Notes: generated from the letters alone by a model not told the origin. Counted from the first letter of the stretch, positions 33,814-43,611 are shown. The stretch is 64,000 bases of DNA from a bacterium (GCA_041690355.1 JAWLHK010000021.1:1-64000); one strand, 5' to 3'. Made by a program: numbers and translations.

Positions 33814-35162
33814 GTTTTCTCCACTCTTCCCTGAAAGCGTCCCTGATTCACGCGCACTTCGACGCGCGCACCTTCTCGCAGAACGGCCGCGTCGCGCACG
33901 GCGGCCCCGGATTCGTCAAAGGCGATGGCATAGCCGCGGCCGAGCACGGCCAGCGGGCTCATGGCCTCGAGCCGGGCCGCTTCGCGTTCGAGGCGCCCGC
34001 GCAACTCGACCTGGCGCAGGCGCGCGGCAGACCCGAGCGCGTCGGCGAGCCGCTGCACCTCGACGCGGCGGCGCGCGAGCGATTTGCGCGGCGACTGCTC
34101 GCGCAGCCGCTGGGCCAGCGTTTCGACTTCGCGGCGGCGGCGCGTGGCCGCCCAGCCCCAGGCGCTCTCGAGCCGGGCGAGCAGCTCGTCGACCCGCTGC
34201 GCCTTCTCCTGGAGCCGGCTCTTCGGATCGCGCAGCCGTACCCGCAGTCCCGCGAGGCGTTCGCGCCGCTCGCTGAGCATGCGCTCGAAGGCGCGCACGA
34301 TGCGTTCTTCGGCGTCCAGAATCCCCTCGCGCAGGTCCGCCTGGTTCCCCACGACGATCTCGGCGGCGGCGCTGGGGGTCGGCGCGCGAAGGTCGGCCAC
34401 CATGTCGGCGAGCGTCGTGTCGGTCTCGTGCCCGACGGCCGAGACGACGGGAACCTTCGAGGCCGCGATGGCGCGGCAGACCGGTTCCTCATTGAACGCC
34501 CAGAGGTCTTCGATGGCCCCCCCGCCGCGGCCGACGATGATCACGTCGCAGCCGCCGTAGCGGTTCAGGCCGCGAACAGCCGCCGCGATTTCGGCCGCCG
34601 CCCCGTCCCCCTGCACCCGGCAGGGGGCGATAACGATGCGCACATTGGGAAACCGGCGCCGCGTGACCGAGAGAATGTCGCGGATGGCCGCCCCGTTCGG
34701 GCTCGTGGCCACGCCGATGCAGGCCGGAAACGGGGGGAGCGGCCGCTTGCGATCCGGATCGAACAGCCCCTCGGCCGCGAGCTTCGCCTTGAGGCGCTCG
34801 AGCTGGAGCTTGCGCACCCCTTCGCCCGCGGGCTCCATGCGGTCGACCAGGATCTGATAGCTCCCCCGCGGCTCATAGACGCTGATGCGCCCGTGCACGA
34901 GCACCTGGTCACCCTCGCGGGGAACGAAGCGCAGCATCCGGTTCCACTGGCGGAAAAAGGCCGCCGACAGAGCCGCCCGCTCGTCCTTGAGCGTGAAATA
35001 GATGTGCCCCGAGCTGTGGTGCTTGAAGTTCGAGATCTCGCCCGATACCCAGACGTCGTCGAAGGTGACCTCGAGCACCCCGCGGATTTCGCGGGTGAGT
35101 TCACCGACTTCAAAGACTTTGGGGGAGCTGGCCGCGTGCATGGCGAGGGGGCGTGAAGCCAA
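33801..35162 (-). CDS. xseA: Exodeoxyribonuclease VII large subunit
   Basis: OB-fold N-terminus (VWVSGEISNFKHHSSGHIYFTLKD), catalytic core and coiled-coil C-terminus. Confidence 0.85.
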   Translation of the reverse strand: MASRPLAMHAASSPKVFEVGELTREIRGVLEVTFDDVWVSGEISNFKHHSSGHIYFTLKDERAALSAAFFRQWNRMLRFVPREGDQVLVHGRISVYEPRGSYQILVDRMEPAGEGVRKLQLERLKAKLAAEGLFDPDRKRPLPPFPACIGVATSPNGAAIRDILSVTRRRFPNVRIVIAPCRVQGDGAAAEIAAAVRGLNRYGGCDVIIVGRGGGAIEDLWAFNEEPVCRAIAASKVPVVSAVGHETDTTLADMVADLRAPTPSAAAEIVVGNQADLREGILDAEERIVRAFERMLSERRERLAGLRVRLRDPKSRLQEKAQRVDELLARLESAWGWAATRRRREVETLAQRLREQSPRKSLARRRVEVQRLADALGSAARLRQVELRGRLEREAARLEAMSPLAVLGRGYAIAFDESGAAVRDAAVLREGARVEVRVNQGRFQGRVEKTWSE

Positions 35163-35400
35163 GTTCCTTTATAGCACACAATGGGCGAAGTCTGCAAAAG
35201 GATTGAGGTTTTTTGCAGCGAATGTTCAGCCGCGCAACCAGATGGCCGCCAGCAGCACGACGAACATGACGAAAAGGGTCACGATGCTTCCGTTCTGTTC
35301 CATGGCGCTCATTCCGCAGCAAGATTGATGCCGGACGCGCCCCGGGCGAGCGCTGTGCCGGTAGAATCCGCCGACGCCGTTCTCCTACAATGGACGGGCA

Positions 35401-37575
35401 ATGGATGCGCCCCTGCTTCGCCGGATAGCGCCGGGGCTCCCCGTGGCCCGGGCCGACCACGTCAACGTGCTCGTCGACGCAGACGCCTATTTCCGCGCGT
35501 TCGCGCAGGCGGCGGCGCAGGCCAGGCACTCCCTGCTCATCCTGGCGTGGGACATCAACAGCCGCATCCGGCTCGTGCCCGACGACTCGCTGGCCCCCCT
35601 GCCGGCGACGCTGGGGCCGTTTCTCGAAGGGTTGCTCGCGCGCGAGCCGCAGCTGCACATCCGTCTGCTGCTCTGGGATTACTCGTTCATTTACCTGGCC
35701 GAGCGCGAGGCGCTCCCCGCCCTGCGGTTCGGACGCACCCACCGCCGGTTGCATTTCGCCCTCGACGACCGCCTCCCGGCAGGGGCCTCGCATCACCAGA
35801 AGATCGTGGTCGTCGACGACGCCGTCGCCTTCGTCGGCGGGTTCGATCTGACCCGCGATCGCTGGGACACCCCCGCCCATCTGCCCATCGACACCCGTCG
35901 CAGGCGCCCCGACGGCAGCCTCTACGGCCCCTTCCATGACATTCAGGTCAGGGTCGACGGTGACGCGGCCGCGGCCCTGGGCGACCTGGCGCGCCGCCGC
36001 TGGGCCCGCGCGACCGGCGAAACGCTCGAGCCGCCGCCGCGCCGCAGCCTCTCCCTGCCGGCGGCAGAAGCGGATTTCGAGGACATTCCCGCCGCCATCG
36101 CCGTGACCGCCCCCGCCTTTCGCAACGAGACGGCCGTGCAGGACGTACTCGACGTCCACGCCGGCGCCTTTCGCGAGGCGCGGCGGGCGCTCTACATCGA
36201 AAACCAGTACCTGACCTCGCGTCTGGTCGGCGATCTGCTCGCCGAACTGCTTCAGCGCGACGACGGCCCCGACATCGTCATCGTTACCCCACTGCAGCTG
36301 GCCGGCCGGCTCGAAGAAGACACGATGGGGGTGCTGCGGGCCCGCCTGTTCCGCCGGTTGCGCGCGGCAGACCGGCATGGGCAGCTGCGTATTCTCTGTC
36401 CTCTCCCGGCCGGGGGGAGCACCGCCGGCGTCATGGTGCACTCGAAGCTCTTTCTGGCGGATGACCGGCTGCTCAAGATCGGCTCGTCGAACCTCAGCAA
36501 CCGCTCCATGGGCTACGACACCGAGTGCGACCTGGTCTTCGAAGCGCGCAGCGATGCGCACCGGGAGGCATTCACCGCGCTGCGCCGCCGCCTGCTGGCC
36601 GAGCATCTGGGGACGACCGCCGCCGAGGTGATCCGCGCCGAGACGGAATCGCCGGGGCTCGCCGCCGCGGTCGACACGCTGCGCGCGCGCCATCCCGGCC
36701 GGCTGGTGGAGTTCGACGCGGGGTCCGTGGATTTCCTCGATCGTCTCCTCCCCGACTCCGCCATCATCGACCCCGAACAGGCCCTGAACCCCGAGCGCCT
36801 GATCGCGACGCTGCGCAAGGGAGAGATTCAGGCCGACTCGACCCTCATCCCACCGATCATCTGGGTCGCCGCCACGCTGCTCGGGCTGACGGCGCTGTGG
36901 GAGTGGGGGCCGCTCGAGGGGGTGGCGAAGGCCGAGGTGCTCGAGCAGGCGCTGCTCGAAGTGCGCCAGTGGCCCTTCTCGACCGCCGTCGCCCTCGCCG
37001 GCTTCACCGTGGCCGCCTCGCTGGCCGTGCCGGTCACCGTGCTCGTCGTCGCCGTCGGCGTCACCTTTCCCCCGCTCTCCGCCGTTCCCGTCACCCTCGG
37101 GGGGGCCGTGCTCTCGGCGGCCGTCACCTGGGGCGCCGGGCGCGCGATCGGCGAACGGCTCGTGCAGGGCTGGGCCGGCCCGCGGGTCGAGCGGGTGCGC
37201 GCGTGGCTGCGGGGGCGCGGCGTGCTCTCGATCGCGCTCCTGCGCAACATCCCCATCGCCCCCTTCGCCGTCGTGAACGTGGTCGCGGGGAGCGTGCCCG
37301 TGCGCTTCGGCAACTATCTGCTCGGCACCGTCGTCGGCATGGCCCCGGGCATTCTCGCCGGCAGCTTCCTGGGCAACCGGCTGCTGCACGTCTTTCGCCT
37401 CCCCCGCGCCGCCGACGTGGCCGCCGTGGTCGGCATCGGGGCCGTGCTCGGCGCCGTCGGCTGGTACCTGCGCACCCGCATCAACAGCCTGGCCGACGCC
37501 CTCGCCGAGGTACAGCCGCCGCCCCCCGGCGATCTTCGCCCCGCCGAGGGAGCCGAACCCCGGGCGGCGGAGTAG
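35401..37575 (+). CDS. Phospholipase D/cardiolipin synthase-like protein (two HKD motifs) fused to a C-terminal DedA/VTT (SNARE-associated) membrane domain
   Basis: HKD1 HHQKIVVVDDAVAFVGGFDL and HKD2 HSKLFLADDRLLKIGSSNLSNRS. The C-terminal ~220 aa are hydrophobic and carry the DedA-like motif LRNIPIAPFAVVNVVAGSVPVRFGNYLLGTVVGMAPG. Confidence 0.75.
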   Translation: MDAPLLRRIAPGLPVARADHVNVLVDADAYFRAFAQAAAQARHSLLILAWDINSRIRLVPDDSLAPLPATLGPFLEGLLAREPQLHIRLLLWDYSFIYLAEREALPALRFGRTHRRLHFALDDRLPAGASHHQKIVVVDDAVAFVGGFDLTRDRWDTPAHLPIDTRRRRPDGSLYGPFHDIQVRVDGDAAAALGDLARRRWARATGETLEPPPRRSLSLPAAEADFEDIPAAIAVTAPAFRNETAVQDVLDVHAGAFREARRALYIENQYLTSRLVGDLLAELLQRDDGPDIVIVTPLQLAGRLEEDTMGVLRARLFRRLRAADRHGQLRILCPLPAGGSTAGVMVHSKLFLADDRLLKIGSSNLSNRSMGYDTECDLVFEARSDAHREAFTALRRRLLAEHLGTTAAEVIRAETESPGLAAAVDTLRARHPGRLVEFDAGSVDFLDRLLPDSAIIDPEQALNPERLIATLRKGEIQADSTLIPPIIWVAATLLGLTALWEWGPLEGVAKAEVLEQALLEVRQWPFSTAVALAGFTVAASLAVPVTVLVVAVGVTFPPLSAVPVTLGGAVLSAAVTWGAGRAIGERLVQGWAGPRVERVRAWLRGRGVLSIALLRNIPIAPFAVVNVVAGSVPVRFGNYLLGTVVGMAPGILAGSFLGNRLLHVFRLPRAADVAAVVGIGAVLGAVGWYLRTRINSLADALAEVQPPPPGDLRPAEGAEPRAAE

Positions 37576-37578
37576 CCG

Positions 37579-38304
37579 ATGGCCACCCCGATCCGCGTCG
37601 CGACGTGGAACATTCATCAGGGGGTGGGGCTCGACGGCCGCTACAATCTCTCGCGCACCGCCGCCGTCCTGCGCGAAATCGACGCCGACCTGGTGGCGCT
37701 CCAGGAGGTCGACATCGGCTCGGGATCCCGTTCGGGGGAATGCCAGGTCGACACCCTGGCCCGCTTCAGCGGTTACCATGGCCTCGCCGGGCCGACGCTC
37801 AAGGGGGGTGGCGCCGAATTCGGCAACGCCCTGCTCTCGCGTCGGCCCATTCACCGCATCGAGCGGCTCGATCTCAGCGTTCCGGGCTACGAGCCGCGCG
37901 GCGCCCTGGCCGGCCGCACCGAGCTGGCCGGCGTCACCTGGACGGCCATCGTGACCCACTTCGGACTCAAGCGCCGCGAGCGCGAAGAGCAGGCGCAGCG
38001 GCTGCTCACCTGGCCGGTGCTGCGCCCCGCGGGCCCCGTCGTGCTCGCGGGCGACTTCAACGAATGGTTCCCCGCCTCGCCGGTGGCCATCCGGCTCGCG
38101 CTCAGCTTCGACGCCGGCGAGGCGCGGCGCACCTTTCCGAGCAGCTGGCCCGCCTTTCCCCTCGATCGCATCTTCGTGCGCCGCGCCTCCATCCGCAAAG
38201 CGGTCGCCCACCGCACGCCGCTCAGCCGCGAGGCCTCGGATCATCTGCCGCTGGTGGCCGACGTCGTGCCGGCGATTTCGCTTGCCGAAGGCACGCGCGG
38301 GTAG
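37579..38304 (+). CDS. Endonuclease/exonuclease/phosphatase (EEP) family protein
   Basis: VATWNIHQG, LVALQEVD and SDHLPLVADV motifs. Starts 4 nt after the PLD-DedA stop. Confidence 0.75.
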   Translation: MATPIRVATWNIHQGVGLDGRYNLSRTAAVLREIDADLVALQEVDIGSGSRSGECQVDTLARFSGYHGLAGPTLKGGGAEFGNALLSRRPIHRIERLDLSVPGYEPRGALAGRTELAGVTWTAIVTHFGLKRREREEQAQRLLTWPVLRPAGPVVLAGDFNEWFPASPVAIRLALSFDAGEARRTFPSSWPAFPLDRIFVRRASIRKAVAHRTPLSREASDHLPLVADVVPAISLAEGTRG

Positions 38305-38316
38305 CAGAATATTGCG

Positions 38317-38706
38317 ATGCCGCTCTACATCGACAAGGCCGCCTGGCCGCTCGTTCGCGTCGAGATGTACGATCTGACCGACGACGAGAACGCCGAATAT
38401 CTGCGGAACGTAGAAGCGTGGCTGCGCGGCCCCGAGCGCTTCGCCATCCTGATCGACACCGACAGGGCGCAGGGCAGAAACGGCGGACCGGTCACCCGCA
38501 AGGCGCAGGCTGAATTCATGAAGAAGCACGCGGCGGCCATGCAGGAGCGGGTGGCCGCGCTCGCCCTGGTCATCGCGCACCCGCTCGTGCGCTCGATCGT
38601 CACGTCCATCCTCTGGATGCAGCCGGTGCCCGCCCCGTTCGCGATCTTCAAGGATCGCGCCTCGGCCGAACGCTGGGCCCGCCGCCGTCTGGCCGGCCTG
38701 GATTGA
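38317..38706 (+). CDS. Hypothetical protein
   Basis: 129 aa, starting 13 nt after the EEP stop. No recognisable motif. Confidence 0.4.
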   Translation: MPLYIDKAAWPLVRVEMYDLTDDENAEYLRNVEAWLRGPERFAILIDTDRAQGRNGGPVTRKAQAEFMKKHAAAMQERVAALALVIAHPLVRSIVTSILWMQPVPAPFAIFKDRASAERWARRRLAGLD

Positions 38707-38712
38707 CGCCGC

Positions 38713-40080
38713 TCAGACCGTGCGCGAGAAGCGGGCCGTCTTTTCGGGCGCGTTCAGGTACTCGTCGAAGACCATGCAGATGTTGCGGATGAGAAAGCGC
38801 CCCGTCTCGGTCACGCGCATCCCCCCCGTGTGAAACTCCACCAGCCCGTCGTCGGCGAAGGTCTGCAGGGCCGTCCACTCAGGACGGAGCGCCTCCTGCG
38901 CGTCGGTTCCCATGCGCCGCGAGAGTTCCGCATAGTCGAGCGCGAAACGGCTCATGAGGGTCATGATGATCCAGCGCCGCAGCTGGTCGGCGGCGGTGAG
39001 CGTCACGCCCCGTTCGGTGGGCAGTTTTCCCGCAGTGAGCCGAGCTGAGTATTCATGCTCGGTCTTCACGTTCTGCACATAGGCGTCGCCGAGGTCGCTG
39101 ATCGACGTGACGCCGATGCCGATCATGTCGGCGCCGGCGCGGGTCGTGTAGCCCTGGAAGTTGCGGTGCAGCGTGCCGTCGTCGAGGGCGCGGCTGAGCT
39201 CGTCGTCGGGCAGCACGAAATGATCCATGCCGATGTAGCGGTATCCGGCCGCCGTCAGCCGGTCGACCGCGAGCGCGAGCATGGCCAGCTTTTCGGCGGC
39301 GTTGGGGAGTTCTTCGGCGCGGATGCGGCGCATATGGTTCTTGAGCGTCGGCAGATACGCGAAGTTGAAGAAGGCGATGCGGTCGGGGCGCAGCGTGATC
39401 GTGCGCGCCAGCGTGTCTTCGAGCGTGGCCAGGGTCTGCCGGGGGAGGCCGTACATGAGATCGAGGTTCACGCTGTTGAAGCCGAGCGCGCGCAGCTTCT
39501 CCATGCGCCCGGCCGTGAGCTCGAACGGCTGGATGCGGTGCACCGCCTTCTGCACGTCGGCATCAAAGTCCTGCACCCCCATGCTCGCGCGCGTGAACCC
39601 GATGGCCCGCAGCGCTTCGAGGTGCAGATCGCTCGCTTCGCGGGGGTCGATTTCGACGCTGATCTCCGCATCCTTCGCGAAACGGAAGCGCTCCCGGATC
39701 GCCTCGCCCAGCCGCACGATCAGCTCGGGGCGCAGAAAGGTCGGCGTCCCCCCGCCCCAGTGCAGCTGCGTCACCTCGCGTCCCGTCTGCAGCAGCGGGG
39801 CCACGAGGTCCATCTCGCGCACCAGTTCATCCACGTAGGGGTGGGCGCGCTCGCGATTGCCCGTGTAGATGACGTTGCAGCCGCAGAAGTAGCAGACCTG
39901 CTTGCAGAACGGCAGGTGAAAATACAGGGAGAGCGGGCGCGAGACGGCCCCTGCGCGCAACTTCTCGGCGTGCCGGTCGGGGCCGAACGACGGCGAGAAC
40001 TCGAGCGCCGTCGGATAGCTCGTGTAGCGCGGGCCGGGCCGATCGTACTTGCGGACGAGATGGACAGGGAGGGTAGTCAT
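38713..40080 (-). CDS. hemN: Oxygen-independent coproporphyrinogen III oxidase (radical SAM)
   Basis: N-terminus KYDRPGPRYTSYPTALEF and the radical SAM site LYFHLPFCKQVCYFCGCN. Confidence 0.9.
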   Translation of the reverse strand: MTTLPVHLVRKYDRPGPRYTSYPTALEFSPSFGPDRHAEKLRAGAVSRPLSLYFHLPFCKQVCYFCGCNVIYTGNRERAHPYVDELVREMDLVAPLLQTGREVTQLHWGGGTPTFLRPELIVRLGEAIRERFRFAKDAEISVEIDPREASDLHLEALRAIGFTRASMGVQDFDADVQKAVHRIQPFELTAGRMEKLRALGFNSVNLDLMYGLPRQTLATLEDTLARTITLRPDRIAFFNFAYLPTLKNHMRRIRAEELPNAAEKLAMLALAVDRLTAAGYRYIGMDHFVLPDDELSRALDDGTLHRNFQGYTTRAGADMIGIGVTSISDLGDAYVQNVKTEHEYSARLTAGKLPTERGVTLTAADQLRRWIIMTLMSRFALDYAELSRRMGTDAQEALRPEWTALQTFADDGLVEFHTGGMRVTETGRFLIRNICMVFDEYLNAPEKTARFSRTV

Positions 40081-40175
40081 GCCCCCTTCCTACAGCAAGA
40101 GCGGTGCCAGGGGGCCTGGCGTCCTGGAGAAATCGCGGATCTCGCGGTAAAAGTGACCCGCTTCGCTACATCGCC

Positions 40176-40526
40176 TCAGGAATGTGCGCCGGAGCGGAAC
40201 ATCCGGATGCGATTGGCGAGGCGCTCCAGCGCCCGGTCGACGTCGGATGCGAGGTCTGCTGTCGTCACGCGGAACACGCTGCGTGGCGCCTCCCCCGCCG
40301 GGGGCGCGTCACCGTGCACCTCGACGCTGAAGCCGCCGTCGAGCGTCGCGACGCGGAACTCTCGCCCGTCACGTTCTTCGCGACCCGGGCGTGCCCTGGG
40401 GCCGTACCGCCGCGCGACCGCGCTCCAGAAGATCGCTTCGGCGAGCGCTTCGATTTCGTTGCGCACGCGGGTGCGCTCATGGTTACGGGTGCGAGCGTGC
40501 GATGCGGTTTGCGTATTCATGGGCAT
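40176..40526 (-). CDS. Hypothetical protein
   Basis: 116-aa ORF that overlaps the upstream membrane-protein gene by 44 nt. Uncertain. Confidence 0.25.
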   Translation of the reverse strand: MPMNTQTASHARTRNHERTRVRNEIEALAEAIFWSAVARRYGPRARPGREERDGREFRVATLDGGFSVEVHGDAPPAGEAPRSVFRVTTADLASDVDRALERLANRIRMFRSGAHS

Positions 40527-41556
40527 CCCTTCTCCCGGTCCCGTCGGCAGGCTTCACGAACAGCGCGAAGCCGACGGCGGGAACGAGCACGACGAGAAAT
40601 AATGCGGACACGAACAGGGTCACCGCGGCCCCTTGACCGACGGGGATCCACGGAGCCAGGGCGATGGCGCCGATCATGAGGGCCAGGGCCGGCGCGTAGG
40701 CCAGCCGGACCGGCAGGGGAATGGCCGAGACGCGGCCGGCGCCCCACGCGAGCGAAACGAGCAGCGGGCCGAGAACCACGGCATGGACGCCGGCAATGCG
40801 CAGCGCCGGCCAATGGGGCACGAGCGCGCCGGCGACGAGCGCGGAGGCGAGCAGCAGCCACCAGGGGGCGAGCCCGCGGGGAAACGTGGAGCCGGCGGCC
40901 TGCTCGGCGAGGAGCCAGGCCAGGGGAAGCGCGAGCGGCAGGGCCAGGAGCGGCGAAAGGGGCACGGCCGCCGACACGGCCGCCGCGAGCCCGGCCGGCA
41001 CCCAGAGCGCGGCCGTCCGGCGCGAAGCGGCCCCGATCCACGCCAGCGTGCCCGGAACGTAGACGGTGAACACGAGTGCGGCCACGAAGAGCCGCGCCGC
41101 CGTGACCGCCAGCGGGTCGCCCCGGGCCCCGAGCACCGCCACGGGCGCGATCAGCGCGGCGCCGAGCAGCAGGCCGGCGGCCGCGGCGGCGGGAAATCCC
41201 CCTTCACGGCGCAGGAGCGTCCGTACGGCGGCAACGAGCCAGACGGCGAGGATGACGTTCGAGAGCGCGATACTGAGCCACGTGTAGCCGCCGGTCGCGA
41301 AGGCCACGACCGCCCCGGCGGCGGCCGCCAGATAGGCGAACCAGATCCGGCCCCCCGCCGGAAACCCGAGCAGCAGCAGGATCGGCACGGTGAGAAAGCC
41401 GTAGAACCCGGCGTGCGAGTGCGCATGGCGGAGGTACGGGAACGACCAGCCGGCGCTGCTCCAGGCCCCCGACGCCAGATCGGCCCGCAACACCAGCCCG
41501 AGCAGGGCGGTCACGAGCAGAAAGAGCGCGGCGGCGCGGAGGACACAGGTTCGCAT
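40483..41556 (-). CDS. Polytopic membrane protein, possibly NnrS-like (NO-response heme/copper membrane protein family)
   Basis: 357 aa with about 10-12 hydrophobic helices and a His-rich motif FPYLRHAHSHAGFYGF near the N-terminus. Lies next to hemN. The ORF-track 768-aa reading (40483..42789) is a run-through artefact; the ATG at 41556 was chosen. Confidence 0.4.
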   Translation of the reverse strand: MRTCVLRAAALFLLVTALLGLVLRADLASGAWSSAGWSFPYLRHAHSHAGFYGFLTVPILLLLGFPAGGRIWFAYLAAAAGAVVAFATGGYTWLSIALSNVILAVWLVAAVRTLLRREGGFPAAAAAGLLLGAALIAPVAVLGARGDPLAVTAARLFVAALVFTVYVPGTLAWIGAASRRTAALWVPAGLAAAVSAAVPLSPLLALPLALPLAWLLAEQAAGSTFPRGLAPWWLLLASALVAGALVPHWPALRIAGVHAVVLGPLLVSLAWGAGRVSAIPLPVRLAYAPALALMIGAIALAPWIPVGQGAAVTLFVSALFLVVLVPAVGFALFVKPADGTGRRDAHEYANRIARSHP

Positions 41557-41714
41557 GCCCCTGTCTCCAAGCAATGTCCGTGCCGAGTGCGTCTCTTGAG
41601 GGGATCCGGGTCCGCCCGGTGTGTCGAATCGACGCAGTACGGACGGGGGCGGGCGGGTCGACGCAAGCGTCGGCTCGCCGCGCCCGGTTCCCAACGCCGG
41701 AGGGGGGGAGTGGG

Positions 41715-41775
41715 GGTCGAATCCCGACTTGTGACTTACGACTGACGACTTGTGACTGAAGACTAGTGACTGACG
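41715..41775. repeat. Heptamer tandem array TGACTTA/CGACTGA/CGACTTG/TGACTGA/AGACTAG...
   Basis: ttgtgacttacgactgacgacttgtgactgaagactagtgactgacgac. Confidence 0.85.
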
Positions 41776-43517
41776 ACGGGGAGCTCGAGCCAGCCTTCGC
41801 GCCCCGGTCCCGTCAGGACCGTCTGGTTCGCGATGCGCGACTCGGCGTGCGCGTACCAGGGGGCCGCCACGTTCGGATGCACGTTGTAGGCCGGGAAGTT
41901 CGACGAGCTGACGTCGACCCGCAGGCGGTGCCCCTTCTTCACGACCCACTCGGTGGGCCACGTCTGCAGCACCAGCGTGGCGTCGCTGTGCGGCGCGTAG
42001 GGCACCGGAACGCCGTCGCCGTTGCGGTAGGCGAGCGCCATGATCGTGTCGGTGATGTTCACGGCGCGGCCGTTCGCGTCGACGTCCATGATCTTGACCG
42101 TGAAGGCGGTGTCTTCGGCGTCGGAGCGCACCGTCAGGCGGATGTTGAAGCGGCCCGCGAGGTGCAGGTCTTCCCTGAGGTACAGCGAGGTGAACGTGAG
42201 CACGTCGTCGCGCTCGCAGAGGCCGATCTGATCGCGCATGGACGGCGGCGTGCCGCTCCACCCCGGAATCGCGAAGGCGAGCAGCCCCGCGCCGCCGCGG
42301 CTCGGCACCGGGTCGGCCGGATCGTAGACGTACGAAATCGAGTCCTCGCCCTCGGGCCGCGCCGCCGCGAGGCGCCCGCCGGTGCACGCCTGCGCCCGCG
42401 CCGTCTCGGCGAAATAGAGGCGCGCGGGCTTCGCCGCCGGAGGCCAGCTTTCGCGCCGCTGCCAGCCCCCGCCGATGGCGTAGGTCTCCACCGGGCCCCA
42501 GTCGTCGAGCGGTTCTCCCTTGAGGTGATGATCGAACCAGTTGAGAAACCGGTCCATCATCGCGTGGGCCCCCTTCTTGTCGGGGAGCGGGAGCACGCCG
42601 TCGCCGCTCCCCCCCATGAGATGGGTCCACGGGCCGACGATGAGCCGGCTGCGATCCCGCGTGGCCATGCGGTTGAAGTCGTCGAGCTGCGAGCCGACGA
42701 AGATGTCGTACCAGCCGCTCACCATGAGCACGGGCACGGTGACCTTCTCGGGCATGGCGCGCAGGAGCAGGTTGTCGGGAATCTTCCACAACGGCGCATC
42801 GGCCGACGCGCTCTGCAGCCAGTCGCGGTACCAGGGGAGCGAATGGCCGATGATCTTCTCGTCGGCTTCGAGATGCGGGCGGTGGGCGATGGTCTTCCAG
42901 AACGTATTGAAGTTCAGGGCGTCGAGGGTCTCGTCGTACATCAGCGAGGCCCAGGCCGTGGCCACCTCGAAGCGGAACATGCCGTGCGAGAACGCGACCT
43001 CGCGCAGGTCAGAGCCCCAGACCATGGGGATCATGGTCTTGACCTGCGGGGGAAACCGGTCGGCCATGGCCCACTGCACCATCGACAGGTACGAGGCGCC
43101 GAAGAGGCCGATGTTACCGTCGTGCCAGGGCTGTTTCGTAATCCACGCGAGCGTGTCGATGCCGTCATTGCGCTCGTTGAAGAAGGGCATCCACGTCCCC
43201 TCGGAGGTCGCGCGGCCGCGGGCGAGCTGGTAGACGCCGACGTAGCCGTAGCGCGAGAAGAGCTTGGCGAGCGCGCCGGCGCCCCCCACAAAGTTGTACG
43301 GGTTGCGGATGAGGATGACCGGCCACGGCCCCTCGCCTTCGGGCAGGTAGACTTCGGTGTACAGTTTCACGCCGTCGCGCATGGGCAGCATGAGCGTCGT
43401 GGCCTCGCCGGCCGCGGTCTCGAAGGGGGGCAGGTCGAGGGTCAGCCGCGCGGCATCGTAGCAGGCGGTCGAGAGAAACAGGCTTGCGAGAAGCGGCAGC
43501 AGGCGGGCCAGGCGCAT
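41763..43517 (-). CDS. CocE/NonD (S15, X-Pro dipeptidyl-peptidase-like) family hydrolase, lipoprotein
   Basis: Lipobox MRLARLLPLLASLFLSTAC. Alpha/beta hydrolase core (GASYLSMVQW) and the C-terminal beta-sandwich typical of S15/CocE. Internal ATG at 43517. Confidence 0.55.
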   Translation of the reverse strand: MRLARLLPLLASLFLSTACYDAARLTLDLPPFETAAGEATTLMLPMRDGVKLYTEVYLPEGEGPWPVILIRNPYNFVGGAGALAKLFSRYGYVGVYQLARGRATSEGTWMPFFNERNDGIDTLAWITKQPWHDGNIGLFGASYLSMVQWAMADRFPPQVKTMIPMVWGSDLREVAFSHGMFRFEVATAWASLMYDETLDALNFNTFWKTIAHRPHLEADEKIIGHSLPWYRDWLQSASADAPLWKIPDNLLLRAMPEKVTVPVLMVSGWYDIFVGSQLDDFNRMATRDRSRLIVGPWTHLMGGSGDGVLPLPDKKGAHAMMDRFLNWFDHHLKGEPLDDWGPVETYAIGGGWQRRESWPPAAKPARLYFAETARAQACTGGRLAAARPEGEDSISYVYDPADPVPSRGGAGLLAFAIPGWSGTPPSMRDQIGLCERDDVLTFTSLYLREDLHLAGRFNIRLTVRSDAEDTAFTVKIMDVDANGRAVNITDTIMALAYRNGDGVPVPYAPHSDATLVLQTWPTEWVVKKGHRLRVDVSSSNFPAYNVHPNVAAPWYAHAESRIANQTVLTGPGREGWLELPVVSH

Positions 43518-43611
43518 CGGGGACCTATGGGGAAAATGTAACCGGCGTGTCAACGACCGGGCGGTAGGTGACTCATGGTACCGGGTGGTGCCTCCTGTAG
43601 CAACTTGCTCC

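Noticed and set aside
40483-42789. 768-aa minus-strand ORF spanning the membrane protein, the repeat array and part of the S15 peptidase region
   Set aside because: It is a read-through artefact in a shifted frame. The hydrophobic protein begins at the ATG at 41556, and the upstream part is Arg/Gly-rich nonsense that overlaps the peptidase gene.
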